Shown here: positions 12,481-25,200 of the stretch, one piece after another
Layout of the letters: each line of letters begins with the position of its first letter
How positions within the stretch are numbered: position 1 is the stretch's first letter
Assembly (NCBI GenBank): GCA_964016885.1
Contig: OZ024742.1
Coordinates: 251,038,001-251,102,000, forward strand
DNA from: Eledone cirrhosa
Lineage: Eukaryota
DNA: 64,000 nucleotides
Direction of reading: 5' to 3'
Translations under genes and position numbers: made by a program
Notes under the pieces: model-generated
What the model saw: the letters and a program-made list of their open reading frames with translations, nothing else
Told to the model about the DNA's origin: nothing
Database searches by the model: none

Positions 12481-12987
12481 TGGTTGCACCAGTTGCATGA
12501 AAATGATTGAATGCACACCTTTGAGGCCTGCATGCGTAGTTGTCCTAATGATAGTGCCAGCTATGTTTACCTGACAAGTAGAAGTGCAAAATTTTGAGAC
12601 CTTCAGTCAAAAAGCTACCAAAAGCTTGAGGTATGCTATTACATGTTGTTAACAACTATGTAATAACTTACATAAAACTATTCTGTTACATTGTGCAGTT
12701 ATGCTTTCATGTATGTCACTGGTGTCACTCAAGCATAAACAGTTCTTGTCAGAGAAGTTGATGTTAGTGGATGAAGCAGCTCTTAATTTTCTGGAAAGAA
12801 GAGGACTAAAACCCTAAAGACAATAACAGAGGTAGCTGAAAATGCTGAAGTTGGATCTGGTCATCGAGGAACAGAAGCAATCTCCATACAATTTAAGCCC
12901 CTTGCACACTAGTCACTGATATTCATATTGTTAAAAGGTATCAACAGAAGGACACTTAAGATTCATGATCTAGATGTGGCCCAGCCA

Positions 12988-13268
12988 CAGTGCTGGACTT
13001 ACTTATAAGCTAAAGAACCTACATCTTAGGGCCACACTCCCCCAAGGAGCTCATTTAAAAAAATATAGTTTTACTTTTCTATGCAACAAATGAAATAAAT
13101 AAATTAATTAGTTGAAAGAACATTTTGTAACTAATTTAATTTTATAATCATTAATATATAATTTTCATGTATAATTATTTTAAAATATTTTTACTAGATT
13201 TTATTTTTTAGAGAAGAGTCTCAAATTTCATACAGCTTAGGACCTCAGAAAGTGAAAGTCCAGCCCTG
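12988..13268. mobile_element. hAT-like MITE
   Basis: TIRs CAGTGCTGGACTT / AAGTCCAGCCCTG; 8-bp flanks CCCAGCCA / CCCAGTAA (6/8 match); AT-rich interior. Confidence 0.6.
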
Positions 13269-13644
13269 CCCAGTAATCTCAGAGTGCATGGAGTTAAAGT
13301 CTGAACACTTGTATGTGGCAAGGAGAAGGCTTTTTCTCTGAAAATCTGTTTTCCTGCTCTCCTTACAATTTCTTACTATCTATGTATTTTATGTATGTCA
13401 GTGATATTATTCAAGCATGAAGCTGTTCATAACAAGATTGTAAAATTGAAAGTTTGGTCTGTTTGGAAGTTGATATTTCAACAATGTACAGGTCGGTAAA
13501 GTATTACAAAATACAAACCTACAGAAACAATATTAGATAACAACCAATGAGGGGAGCCTCTATGTGGTGACCTCACCTGTTACAAATAACAACCGAGTTA
13601 TCTTTGAAATGACAACTAACCTTATTTTTAAAAAACAGCCATCA

Positions 13645-13946
13645 TACATGCACGTACTCACACGCACGCACGCACGCATACACACACGCATGCACACACA
13701 CACACAAACACACACACACAAACACACGCATACATACACAAACACACACACACATATGTACACAAACACACACATACACAAACACACGTACACAAACACA
13801 CACACAGATACATACACAAACACACACATACACAAACACACACATACACAAACACATACACACGTACACAAACACACACATATACACACATACACAAACA
13901 CACACATACACACACACAAACACACACATACACAAACACATACACT
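13645..13946. repeat. compound (CA)n microsatellite
   Basis: Directly visible; source of spurious CV/HT ORFs. Confidence 0.95.
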
Positions 13947-14266
13947 TGATACTGGACTAATGGGAAGAATTTAATTTAATTTTTATTATAATAAAATATT
14001 GTAGTTTGCTTGAAGCATTGTATATAATATAATATATAATGTGGAAAGAGATATAAGGCTAAACAATGCAAAATGGACTGTAAGATGGAGGTAATGAAAA
14101 AGTAAGTTACCTGGTAATCTTTGTTTTGTTTTTTTGTTGCTGTTGTCTCTTTTGTCCTAATATTTCAGGACTTAAATTCCCTTCTTCAGAGTTTCCATTC
14201 CAAAGAGAAGAAACCAGAACATTTTTCTCTGAGAGTTCCTTATACTCTGAAGAAAGAAATTTTAAG

Positions 14267-14980
14267 TCTGGCACATGTACATGAAGCTTGTAGAGCACGC
14301 CATTCAAACCAGGCGATTTACCTCTCACGCAGCCAGTCATTGCCTCCTGTATTTCAGCGGCAGTTATTGGCTTTTCATAGCCCTCCACCTCCATCACCGA
14401 GAGCCAGGGCAGGCTGCTGAGGTAGGGACTAAAGTCCATTCTGCGATCCAGCCTGCCATTGCTCCTGAACAGTGGAGTGAAATGCTGCTGAAAGGTTGCA
14501 CATCTCTGCTCGGGATTGACTAACACGTGCCCATTGTGGTTCACCAAAGACTGGATCATGTCTTTGTTGCCATATCTCTGCCACCTGGCCCATTGAATGA
14601 CTTTCATCCCTGCGTGCCTTTGTGGATGTGCCCTATCTTTGACAATGCAGCCTTCATGCTTAACTGTGAAGCTAAGCATGAAGGCTGCATTGTCAAAGTT
14701 GAGGGCCAATCTCACTGCTTGCACGTTGGTTGTGATATCTTTTCTAAACACCTCATTTAGTTTTCTCACTAGTTCTCCCTCTTGTCTATTCTTTTCAATC
14801 ACTATAGTCTTGCTAAATCTAACGGATTCTACTTTGATCACCCTTTTCAGAGCAAACCACCATTCATTGTTGACTGCTGACCCCGTCAACACCTGCTTAA
14901 CTAATTCACTAATCCAACCTCTGTAGTCTTTATGCACCAGGAGTGACACATTCAGCTTCCAATAGCCAGGTCCCTGTCCC
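14267..14980 (-). pseudogene. older, divergent Tx1-clade ORF2 fragment (post-APE linker)
   Basis: ORF 14107-14982 QGPGYWKLNVSL..KHEGCIV..FQQHF..GKSPGLNG, homologous to array copies. Confidence 0.85.
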
Positions 14981-15011
14981 AAAATAGATGATATATAGAT
15001 AAATATATAGA

Positions 15012-16512
15012 TGTTTCTTTATTAGCCACAAGGGCACAAAAGAAGGGGACAAATACAAAGGGGGAAGTTTACATACAATAAAAACGTGTAAAATACTATC
15101 ACAAATGCAATTTAAAAATTAATCGATTTTCCCCAATAGGGGGAGACATTATATATGGGTAACACATACCCCCGAAAAAATGTGCAACCCTCATCTCCAG
15201 GAGTACGAAGAGTGAGTACCCCCTTCCTCTCTTCCTCTTTTTCCTCAACCTACAGGCTGATATAGAGAGAAGGCCCGTTCACTCGGGCCATTCTCGCCAC
15301 TTTCATAAATCTTGCTGGGGTACAGCACCTCTCTCTCCATCCTGATTCTTCTTCCAAAGTGGTATTTGAAAAAAAGAATCAGTTGTTGGCCGGAGAGAGA
15401 GGTGTCTGACCTCAGCCCTTTTAACCTCGTCCACCATACAACCTCTTTCGCCATAGCTGTCACACAAAGGAAAACCGCCTCTCCCTCATTTTTGAAGGAG
15501 GGTGGCGGTTTGATCATGACAATGGACTCGTATTGGTCCCACCTGCAACAATAGTCGTTCCACATAGCCCCACAGGTCGGTAACGCCCTGGCAGTGTACG
15601 AATGCGTGCGCGACGGTTTCTTTGTCTCGCAAGCATCTCGGACAGATCTTTTTCGAAGAGTCCCTGCTCGGGCGCCCATGTCTGTAGAGCTTGTCTCGAA
15701 CTGGTAGAGCTCCTCGGTAGCACTGCCAGGCCAGGGACTTTTGGAAGTTGTCCATCGGTCCCGGGCAGAAGGTCCTACCGAACAGACTGGCCAGTTCGTC
15801 TTCCTCTATGCCTAGAGTTTCTCCGAGCGCATCATCGCACTTGCTGCGGACCAACTCTCTATAGAATGACGAAGTGGAGTCTCCACTGATCGCCGGGTCC
15901 ACCTGCCAGACGGCTGCGAGCGCCTGAGCACATTCGATGAGCCAGTCGCCCATTTTCCTCGGTCTTTGCTTGACCCAGGACTGCAGCTCGGTCAGCGAGA
16001 TGAGTCGTGGGAAGGCTCGCCTCATGAACGGGGCCCACACCGGTTGTCCAGTGAGGAATACGTGGAGATGCCGCAGCCTGAGTGCGTGTTTGCACATCGT
16101 TAGCCACGGCATCTCCAGCCCTCCGTTGGAAGGGCGTTGGCAGCAGATGGTTCTTCTCACCAAAGGAGCCCGCTTCTTCCAAAGGAACTGGAAGAGCACG
16201 CGCTCCATTTTGGTGAGCGTTTTGGCTGGACAAGGCACGACGGTCAAGCGGTAGTAGATGACGGATGCTATAAAAGTGTTCGCCACCTCCACTCGACCTT
16301 TCAAGGATAGTTTGCACTCGGCCCACTTCTGGGTAAGTGCAAACACCTTGGCCATCACCTCGTTCCAGTTCTTCTCCACCTGGAGGTCCGGACCAAACCA
16401 GACCCCGAGCAGCTTCACCGGTCCTTCCGTCCAGCGTCCGATGATGCCATCAGTAGGCATCGGTTTGCCTCTCCACGATCCGAGTTGCAAACCGATGGAC
16501 TTGTCCTGGTTT
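15012..16512 (-). mobile_element. Tx1-clade LINE copy A1 (5'-truncated, family A 3' UTR)
   Basis: ORF2 C-terminus (KLLGVWF..GGL.MP..CPRC..H..C); 3' end AATAAAGAAAC plus degenerate TATC; 5' junction into GATA repeats at 16513. Confidence 0.92.
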
Positions 16513-16532
16513 AGATAAATAGATAGATAGAT

Positions 16533-19500
16533 ATCTTTCTTTATTTGCCACAGGGGCGTACAAAAATGGGACATTACAAGATGTGACGGCGGGGGTTTTA
16601 CATAAAATCTTTAACAATGATAAATAACAATAAACTATATAAAAATAAAACAATTGAAATCCCCATGGGGCAGGGGGGCTACTGTGGGGTTGTTTTACAC
16701 CCCGTGGATAGAACAACACCAGGAACACGTTTTGTAGGTGTTCCCGTCTTCCCTCTATTTATCTTCCTCAACCTACAGGTTTATATATAGAGAAGGCCCA
16801 TTCACCTGGGCCATTTTTGCCACATTCACCCACCTTTCAGCGAATTTACTTGGGTGTAGCACCTCTCTCTCCACTCTCACCTTCCTTCTGAAGTGATACT
16901 TAAAGAAGGGGATAAGTTGTTGTCCGGAGAGAAAGGTACTTGCCCTCAGTCCTTTTAACCTCGTCCACCATATTACCTATTTCGCCATAGCCACCAGACA
17001 GAGGAAGACCGGGGTGATCCTCACAATGGACTCGGCTGACAACTGGATGCGTCCCACACGTGACAGTAGCTGTTCGACATAATTCCACAGGTCAGTCACC
17101 CCTAGGCACTGAACAATTGCGTGCAGAATGGTTTCGATGTCCTGCTCGCATCTTGGACAGGTCCTTTTGGCAGGATCTCTGCCAGGGCGTCCGTGCCTGT
17201 ACATTTTGTCTCGAACTGGTAGAGCTCCTCGGTAGCACTGCCAGGCCAGAGACCTCTGTAAGTTATCCATAGGCCCTGGAGGGAAAGTCCTCCCAAACAG
17301 ACTGGTCAGTTCGTCTTCCTTGATGCCTAGAGTTTCCCCGAGAACGTCGTCACACATATCCTCCAGTAATCCCCTATAGAATGTCGAAGTGGAGTCTCCG
17401 CTGATTGGTAGAGGGCTGTGAGCGCCTGAAGGCACTCGAGGTGCCAGGCACACATTTTCGGTCTTCGCTTGGCCCAGGACTGCAGCTCTGTTAGTGAGAC
17501 GAGTTGTGGAAGAGGTTGTCTCACAAACGACAGCCACACTGGTTCACCGGTCAGGAACACCTAGAGATGGTGTAGCCTCAGCGCGTATTTGTGCATCTTC
17601 AGCCACGGCATGCCCAGCCCTCCGTTAGAAGGGTGTTGACAGAAGGGTGTTCCAGAGGAACTTGAAGAGTAGGCGTTCTATTTTGGTGAGGTATTCGCGG
17701 GGACAAGGCATGATTGTCAAGCGGTAGTAGATGACGGACACTATGCAAGTGTTGCTACCTCCGCTCAACCTTTCAAGGAGAGTTTGCACTCAGCCCACTT
17801 CTAGGTGAGTGCAAACACCTTCGCCGTGACCTCGTTCCAGTTCTTGTCCACCTAGAGGTCTAAACCAAACCAGACTCCGAGCAATTTCACCGGTCCTTCC
17901 GTCCAGCATCCAACGACACTGTCGGAAGGCATGTGCCGAGTTGCAAACCGACAGACTTGTTTGGGTTTAGTTTTGCTCCTGTCAACGTTTCATATTCCTG
18001 TAATAGGTCGCCGATTACCCCGAGGTTTCCGACACCATTACAGTTATGTCGTCAGCATAGGTTGGCGCTGCTTTCCGCAGTCCTGGTTCGATCAGGATGC
18101 CCTGCAACAGCTTCAACATCCGCAGTAATGGCTCAAGAGTCAGTACATACAGAATGGAGGAGAGAGGGCACCTCTGACAGATGGAACGCATGATTTGGAA
18201 TGGCTCCGATAGGTAGCCATTCACCTTGACTGCCGAGCAGATGCTGGTGTGCATGGCAGCGATCCAACCTCTGAAGACAGGACCAAAGCCGGCCGCCTTG
18301 AGAACCGCTTCCAAGTATTGATGGTCGACCTTATAAAATGCCTTAGACTGATCTAAATTGATCAGAGCCCCACCAAAGCCAGGTTTACACCCTACTTCTC
18401 TATGATGTATTGCATGAGGTGGAGGTTGTCGTGTATGGACCTGGTAGGGATTGCAGACGTTTGCGCTTTCCCTACCAGGTTCTCGACGACAAGCGCCAGC
18501 CTCACTGCTAACACCTTGGCCAAAATCTTTAACTCTGTGTTGAGCAGAGTTATGGGCCTGAAATTGCTTATCTCATCCCCCTTGTTCTCATCTTTCCTGA
18601 TCAGCATTACTACGCCTCTGCCTACAGAACTGGGAATCCTCCCGTTCTGTTGCCAGTCACAGTAGACCGCTTCAAGGATGCCAGAGAACAAGTCTGGCAT
18701 GCCTATGTAAAACTCATAGGGTAGACCATCTAAACTGGGTGACTTGCATTTCCCACAGCGGCATAGGGCATCTTCTACTTCGCCCGCTGTGATCGGCCTT
18801 TTGCAGCTCTCCGCATCCGTGCTCGAGAGTTGTGGTATGCCGTCGAGTTAGGAGCTGAAGTCCATCACCTCCCTTGACGTACCGCTTTGCCCGAACAGTT
18901 GTGAAAAATGCTGCTGGAAGGCCGTGCACATCTGCTTGGACTCAAGTAGAATGCATCCATCTTTGTCTTGCCACTTTTCGCCTCTACGACTCAAGCCCAG
19001 CTAACAGCTTTGGCTCCCTCGTTTCTTAGAGCACGTGTTCTACTTCTGACAATACAACCTTCGTGTTTCACGTTGAAGAACTGGTCTAGTGCCGTTCTCG
19101 CCGCTAGCACGTCAGCTGTACTGCCATTCCTAAGTGCCTCTTCTACTTTAGCTACAAGTTCCTTTTCGGTTTTGTTTTTTCTAAAGCTAGTTCCTTGCTA
19201 AATGCTATCGATTCTATACTAATTGCTCTCTTGAGAGAGCTCCAACACCTGTTGTTGACGATCGCCCCCATCAACTGGCACTTAACTAAGGTGCTAATCC
19301 ATTTACTGTAAGCCTTACGTGCCGGAAGCGACATGTTTAGCTTCCAGTATCCGGGTCCCTGTCTATGTGTTCTGTCAAGGTTGACTACGCAGATAACTAA
19401 TTTGTGGTCTGAATAGGCAACCATGTGTATTTGTGGACAGCTTAATGTTTCCTTATCATTCTGTCTAATTAAAAATCTATCTAAATACGATATAAAAGAC

Positions 19501-22212
19501 CTAGTGCGGTTGCTCCACATCCACAGTGGTACACTTGGGAAGTCTAGTCGATATCTATCAGCCAGTTGGAATTGGCTGATGAGATTTTTGAGGCTATTAC
19601 ACACCCCTTTATTATCACAAGCTCCTACATAGTCCCAATGTGCATCTAAGATGGCATTCCAGTCCCCCGCTAACACTAAGGAGTGAGATGTTCCCAGGAA
19701 TGGCTCCAGGCACTTGAAGAACTCTGGTCGCGATGTCCTATTCGGGGAATATACGGCCACCAGTCTGAAAGCTCCACTTTCACTACCATTCACGTCCAGG
19801 ACCACCAGGCTGCCCTCCGGGTCCAAGTGAATCGTTTGTGCTTTGAGATCCAAGTTTTTTCCAAACAGAACACAACTCCCCCTCCCCCTCCTGGCTGACA
19901 GAGAGATGCGTAGATCTCAAAGTCATCGAACATGGGGGTTAGCTGCTGCTTGTCGTGAATCCTGGACTCGGTGATGGCTATCACATCTATACAATGTGAC
20001 CTGAGATCATTTAAAAGTTGACCCTGTTTCCAGGGCATGCCCAGGCCACATACATTCAAACATCCAACTTGTATAGTCGCCATGTTGGGGAAGGAGAATT
20101 AGGGAGAGAAAATGCAGGAACACTTACCTTTTCTTTTCCTGGAGGTTGGGTTGTTCGATCTCCATGTCCAGATTGGGGGTGTTTGGGGAGGGAGGGAATC
20201 CTTTTAGCAGGACACGGTTAAGGGGTTTTTGGCAAGGGGGGGCCCACATCATGTGGGAAGGTCTCTTTCAATGTTTCATGTTGTAGGGTTGTTACCCTGA
20301 TAAGTTTGAGGTTTGGGGGTGGGTCGTTTATGGGAAGGTTTTCCCTTCCGTTTGGATAGTAGGGTCCTTTCGAACAGTTTCTATTAGTTCTTTGTTGTTT
20401 TATGTATATGTAATGTGTTTTGTTTTTTATGTATACTGTTTCTGTTTGTAGTTTTCTTTTTGTGGTTGGGATTTGTGATTGTGGTGGTGTGGGTGTTTGT
20501 TTTGTTAGTGAAGTGTTTGGTTGTGTTGGGGGGGATTGTGTTGTTGGTGTGTTTGTCGTTTGTGGCGGTGTGTTTATGGTGGGGTTGGGTGTGTGCGTGT
20601 TTTCTGTAGATGTTTTTGTTTTTGTTTTTTTGTCTCTTTTTTGTTTTTTTGGATTTTTGGGGTTCCTCTTCATTCTCACTTGGAGATGTTGAGGTTCCAG
20701 TATCTGAGACTTAAGAATCAAGGCTAGATGGGAGGGGTATGTTGTGTGCTGGAGTGTTTGTGCAGGTGTTTGTGGAAGTATTTGACAGGGAGGGAGGAGG
20801 CAATGGAGGGTTTTTCAGTGGGATTTTGTGTATGTGGTTGTCTCTGGTCTGTGGTGGTGTGGGAGTGGATGTTGCAGGTTTTTGTGTTATGTTTGGTTTG
20901 GGGTGTTGATGTTGGTGTTTTGGTGTTGGTAATAACACCTTGTTTGTCCTCGGTCTGTTTAAGAGAGGGCAAAAGGCCTTTAAAAGTGTGGTTTTCCCAC
21001 ACTTACGGCACTGAGGTCTTTTCCCCTCCACTAAAATGGAGATGACATCTTCCTCAAGGACGATCCTGTCCGGGATTTTCTCAACTCTCTCTGTCCTCAT
21101 TTGTACCAGAACCTCGATGCAGGTTCCAAACTAGTTATTCCGGTCTGTCCTGTCCACAGATAGGAGGGTGTCTTCATACTTCTTCAGGATGCAGCATAGG
21201 ATCCACCATATGTTGACCTCCGCTGGGATCCTGGTTATTTTTATTTTGTATGTGGGGTAGAAGATGTGTTGATCCGTTTTTATTGGCTGAACCGAGTGTT
21301 TTTGAGCCAGAGTTTCGCTCTTAAAGAACACTGACACACTTCCATACTGTTTAGCTCTTTGAAGGTATGCCACGTCTGGCTTGATATCTTTTAGTGCAGT
21401 TTCAATAGTGCTTGTTGGGAGGAGTGTTATGGGTTTTTTGGTAATGATGTCAACTGTTCTGTAGATCAGTTTCTTTTTCTGTGTCATCTCTCTTACTTGT
21501 GAGGGTATGTGTATGTGCGGAGTGTCTCCCTCAAATGTCACATAGTTGGAAGCTTCTTCCAAATATTGGGACTTTTGGGAAATGTCCATGGGGTAATATT
21601 TAAAATCCTGTTGCTTAGCAACGGTTGCTACAAATGAATTTTTGTTATTGTTGTTGGTGGTGGTGATGATGGTCTCATTCGTTGTGTTGCCGCTGATTCC
21701 TTTTGTTGTATTGTTGTTGTTCTCATTTATTGTGTTGTTGTTGTGTTTGTTGCTTGTGGTGGTGTTAGTATTTGCTACACATTCTTCCTTCTGTGTGTGG
21801 ATATATGTGATGTTTATGACGTCAGGCGTGTTCAGATGCTTACAAGTAACTGAAGCTTGTTCCTCTTCTAAATGTTGAGGTGATAATGTTGGCATTCCTT
21901 TGTCCATGTCTGCTACTATCTGCTGGTCAAGTAGGCATGGCTTTCCCTTCCCATCTTCTTGTTTTGACAAAGAAGTAGGTGCCTTTGCTTCGGCCGTTTT
22001 TTAAAAATTGATGTGTTTTGCAAAAATATTTTCGAAAATATGTTGGATGTTTTTTGCCCTGAGGGGCACGATATTTTGGGAGACTGACCAGATCAAAATT
22101 TGACCTGTCGGTCCCTCTATAAATTGGTATAAAAATAAAAGTTCACAATGACGAATTTGTAAAGAAATTTAAAAAAAACTTACCAAGCAAGTTTAACACA
22201 TGTGCCCATCCC
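16533..22212 (-). mobile_element. Tx1-clade LINE copy B1, full length but degenerate (ORF1 ~21970-20124, ORF2 20083-16773)
   Basis: APE motifs GCLNVCG, AITES, GDWN, YLDRF, SDH; RT FRPITLLN, YADD; ORF1 knuckle CRKC..C; both ends at GATA repeats. Confidence 0.93.
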
Positions 22213-22230
22213 AGATAGATAGATAGGTAT

Positions 22231-25200
22231 ATTTCTTTATTAGCCACAAGGGCGCAAAAGAAAAGGGGACAGAACAAAAACATGGCGGGGATTTTACATA
22301 CAATCGTGTAAAAAATATGAAACAAACAATTATAACAATCAAAATCCCCAATAGGGGGGAGGCGCCACAAATGAGTTGTTTAATACCCCACTGCGAGTGC
22401 TCCTTTCTTCCTTTTGCTCTCTTCTTCAGCCTACAGGTTTATATACAGAGAAGGCCCAATCACTCAGGCTATTTTTGTCACATTCGCCCACCTTTCAGTA
22501 AATTTACTGGGGTGCAGTGCCTCTCTCTCCACTCTGATTCACCTTCTAAAGTGGTATCTAAAGAAGGGAATGAGTTGTTGTCTGGAGAGAAAGGCATCTG
22601 TCCTCAGTCCTCTCAATCTCGCCCACCATATAACCTCTTTCACCATAGCCACTATACAGAGGAAAACCACCTTTCTTTTGTTTTTGAAAGAAGTTGGCGG
22701 TTTGATCCTTACTATGGACTCGGCAGTCAACTGTATTTGTCACATACGCAACAGTAGTTGTTCCACATAGTTCCACAGGTCGGTTACGCCCGGGTAGTGT
22801 ACAATTGCATGCAGGACTGTTTCAATGACCTACGCGCATCTTGGACACGTCCTCTTGGAAGGATCCCTGCCAGGGCGTCCGTGCCTGTAGATCTTGTCAC
22901 AAACTGATAGAGCTCCTTGGTAGCACTGCCAGGCCAGGGACCTCTGGAAGTTGTCCATGGATCCCGGGCGGAGAGTCCTACCAAACAGACTGGAGAGTTC
23001 GTCGTCTTCAACGCCTAGAGTCTCTCCGAGCACGTCATCGCCCTTGTGACGTACTAACTCTCTACAGAATGTCGAAGTGGAGTCTCCACTGATTGCCGTG
23101 CCCGCTTGACAGAGGACTGTGAGCGCCTGAGTGCATACAATGTGCCAGGCGCCCATCTTCTTCAGTCTTCGCTTGACCCAGGCCTGCAGCTCTCTCAGCG
23201 AGACAAGTTGCGGGAAGACCTGTCTCACAAACAGTGTCCGCACCGGTTGGGGTTCGGTGAGGAATACCTGTAGATGCCGTAGCCTCAGCGCATGCTTCCG
23301 CATCATCAGCCACAGCATTCCCATCCCTCCGTTGGAAGGGTGCTGACAGCAGACGGATCTCCTCACCAGTGGAGCCTGCTTGTTCCAAAGGAACTGGAAG
23401 AGCATGCGTTCCATCTTGGTGAGATGTTCCCGAGGACAAGCCATGGCGGTCAAATGGTAGTAGATGACGGACGCTATGAAAGTGTTTGCCATCTCCGCTC
23501 GACCTTTCAAGGATAGTTTCCACTCTGCCCACTTCTGAGTGAGCGCAAATACCTTGGCTGTGACCTAGTTCCAGTTTTTCTCCACATGGAGGTCCGGACC
23601 AAATCAGACCCCGAGCAATTTCCCTGGTCCGGCCATCCAGCGTCCGACGACGCTGTTGGACAGCATCGGTTTGCTTCTCCACGTTCTGAGTTGCAGACTT
23701 GTCCGGGTTCAGTTTTGGTCCTGTGAGCTTTTCGTATTCCTTCAGTAAGTTGCCGATCGCCCCGATTTCGGAGGCTTCCGACACCATTATGGCTATGGCG
23801 TCGGCATAAGCCAACGCTGCTTTCCGCAGTCCTGGTTCCAACGGAATGCCCTGCAGCAGCTCCAACTTCTGCAGTAATGGCTCTAGAGTCAGTATGTACA
23901 GAATGGAGGAGAGAGGGCATCCCTGTCGGATGGAACACATGATTGCGAACGGCTCCGATAGGTAGCCATTCACCTTGACCATCGAGCAGATGTTGGTGTG
24001 CATTGCGGCGATCCAGCCTCTGAAGACGGGTCCGAAACCGGCCGCCTTGAGAACCACTTCTAAGTATCATTGGTCGACCCTATCGAACGCCTTAGACTGA
24101 TCTAAATTGATCAGAGCCCCACCAAAGCCGGGTTTACACCACACCCTCTCTATGATGTATCGGATGAAGTGGAGGTTGTCGTGTATGGACCTGGTCGGGA
24201 TTGCACACGTTTGTGCTTTCCCTACCAGGTTCTCGACGACAAACGCCAACCTCGTTGCCAACACCTTGGCCAATATCTTTAACTCTGTGTTGAGCACAGT
24301 TATGGGCCTAAAGTTGCTTAGTTTGTCCCCCTTGTTCTTGTCTTTCCTGATCAGCGTTACTACGCCCCTTGCCTGCAGAACTGGGAATTCTCCCGTTCTG
24401 CTGCCAGTTGCAGTAGATGGCCTTGAGGACACCAGAGAACAAGTCCGGCATGCCTATGTAAAACTCATAGGGTAGACCATCTAGACCGGGTGATTTGCGT
24501 GTCCCACAGCGCCCGAGAGTGTCCCGTATTTCATTGGATGTGATCGGTCTTTCACAGAACTCGACATCCATGCTTGAGAGACAGGGCAGGCCGTCGAGGT
24601 ATGAACCGAAGTCCATTGCCCCGTTCGACGCACCGCCAGTCTGCCCGAACAGTTGCACAAAGTGCTGCTGGGGTCAAGTAACACGCGTCCATTTTGGTCT
24701 TTCAAAGACCAAATCGTGGACTTGTTGCTACTTTTCACCTCTGCCACTCGGGTTCAGCTAACAGCTTTCGATCCCTCGTTTCCAAGAGCACGTGATTTAC
24801 TTCTGACCATGCAGCCTTCGTGTTCCGTGTCAAAGAACTGGTCCAGTGACGTTGTCGTTGCTAGCACTCTAGCTATGTTGCCACTCCTGGCTGTGATCGG
24901 TCTTTCGCAGAACTCGGCGTCCATGCAGGTTGCTTAACTAATCTACTCATCCGTTGACTGTAGGCTTTACGTTCAGCTTCCAGTATCCGGGTCCTTGTCT
25001 ATGTATTCTATCACGGTTGACTATGCAGATGACTAGTTTGTGGTCTGAATAGGCATTTGTGGACAGCTTAACATATTGTTTCTCTCTCTAATAAAGAACC
25101 TGTCTAAATACGATCTAGATGTCCCGCTGCGGTTTGTCCACATCCACTGTGGTGCAGTCAGGAAATCTAGTCGATACCTATCGGCCATTTGGAATTGGCC

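Noticed and set aside
13560-13974. CV- and HT-rich ORFs (also at 59.7-61.0 kb)
   Set aside because: Translations of (CA)n microsatellites.
20084-20121. Pyrimidine-rich ORF1-ORF2 spacer as a splice acceptor for an ORF2-only mRNA
   Set aside because: No AG between the tract and the ORF2 ATG in B1, C1, C2 or E1.
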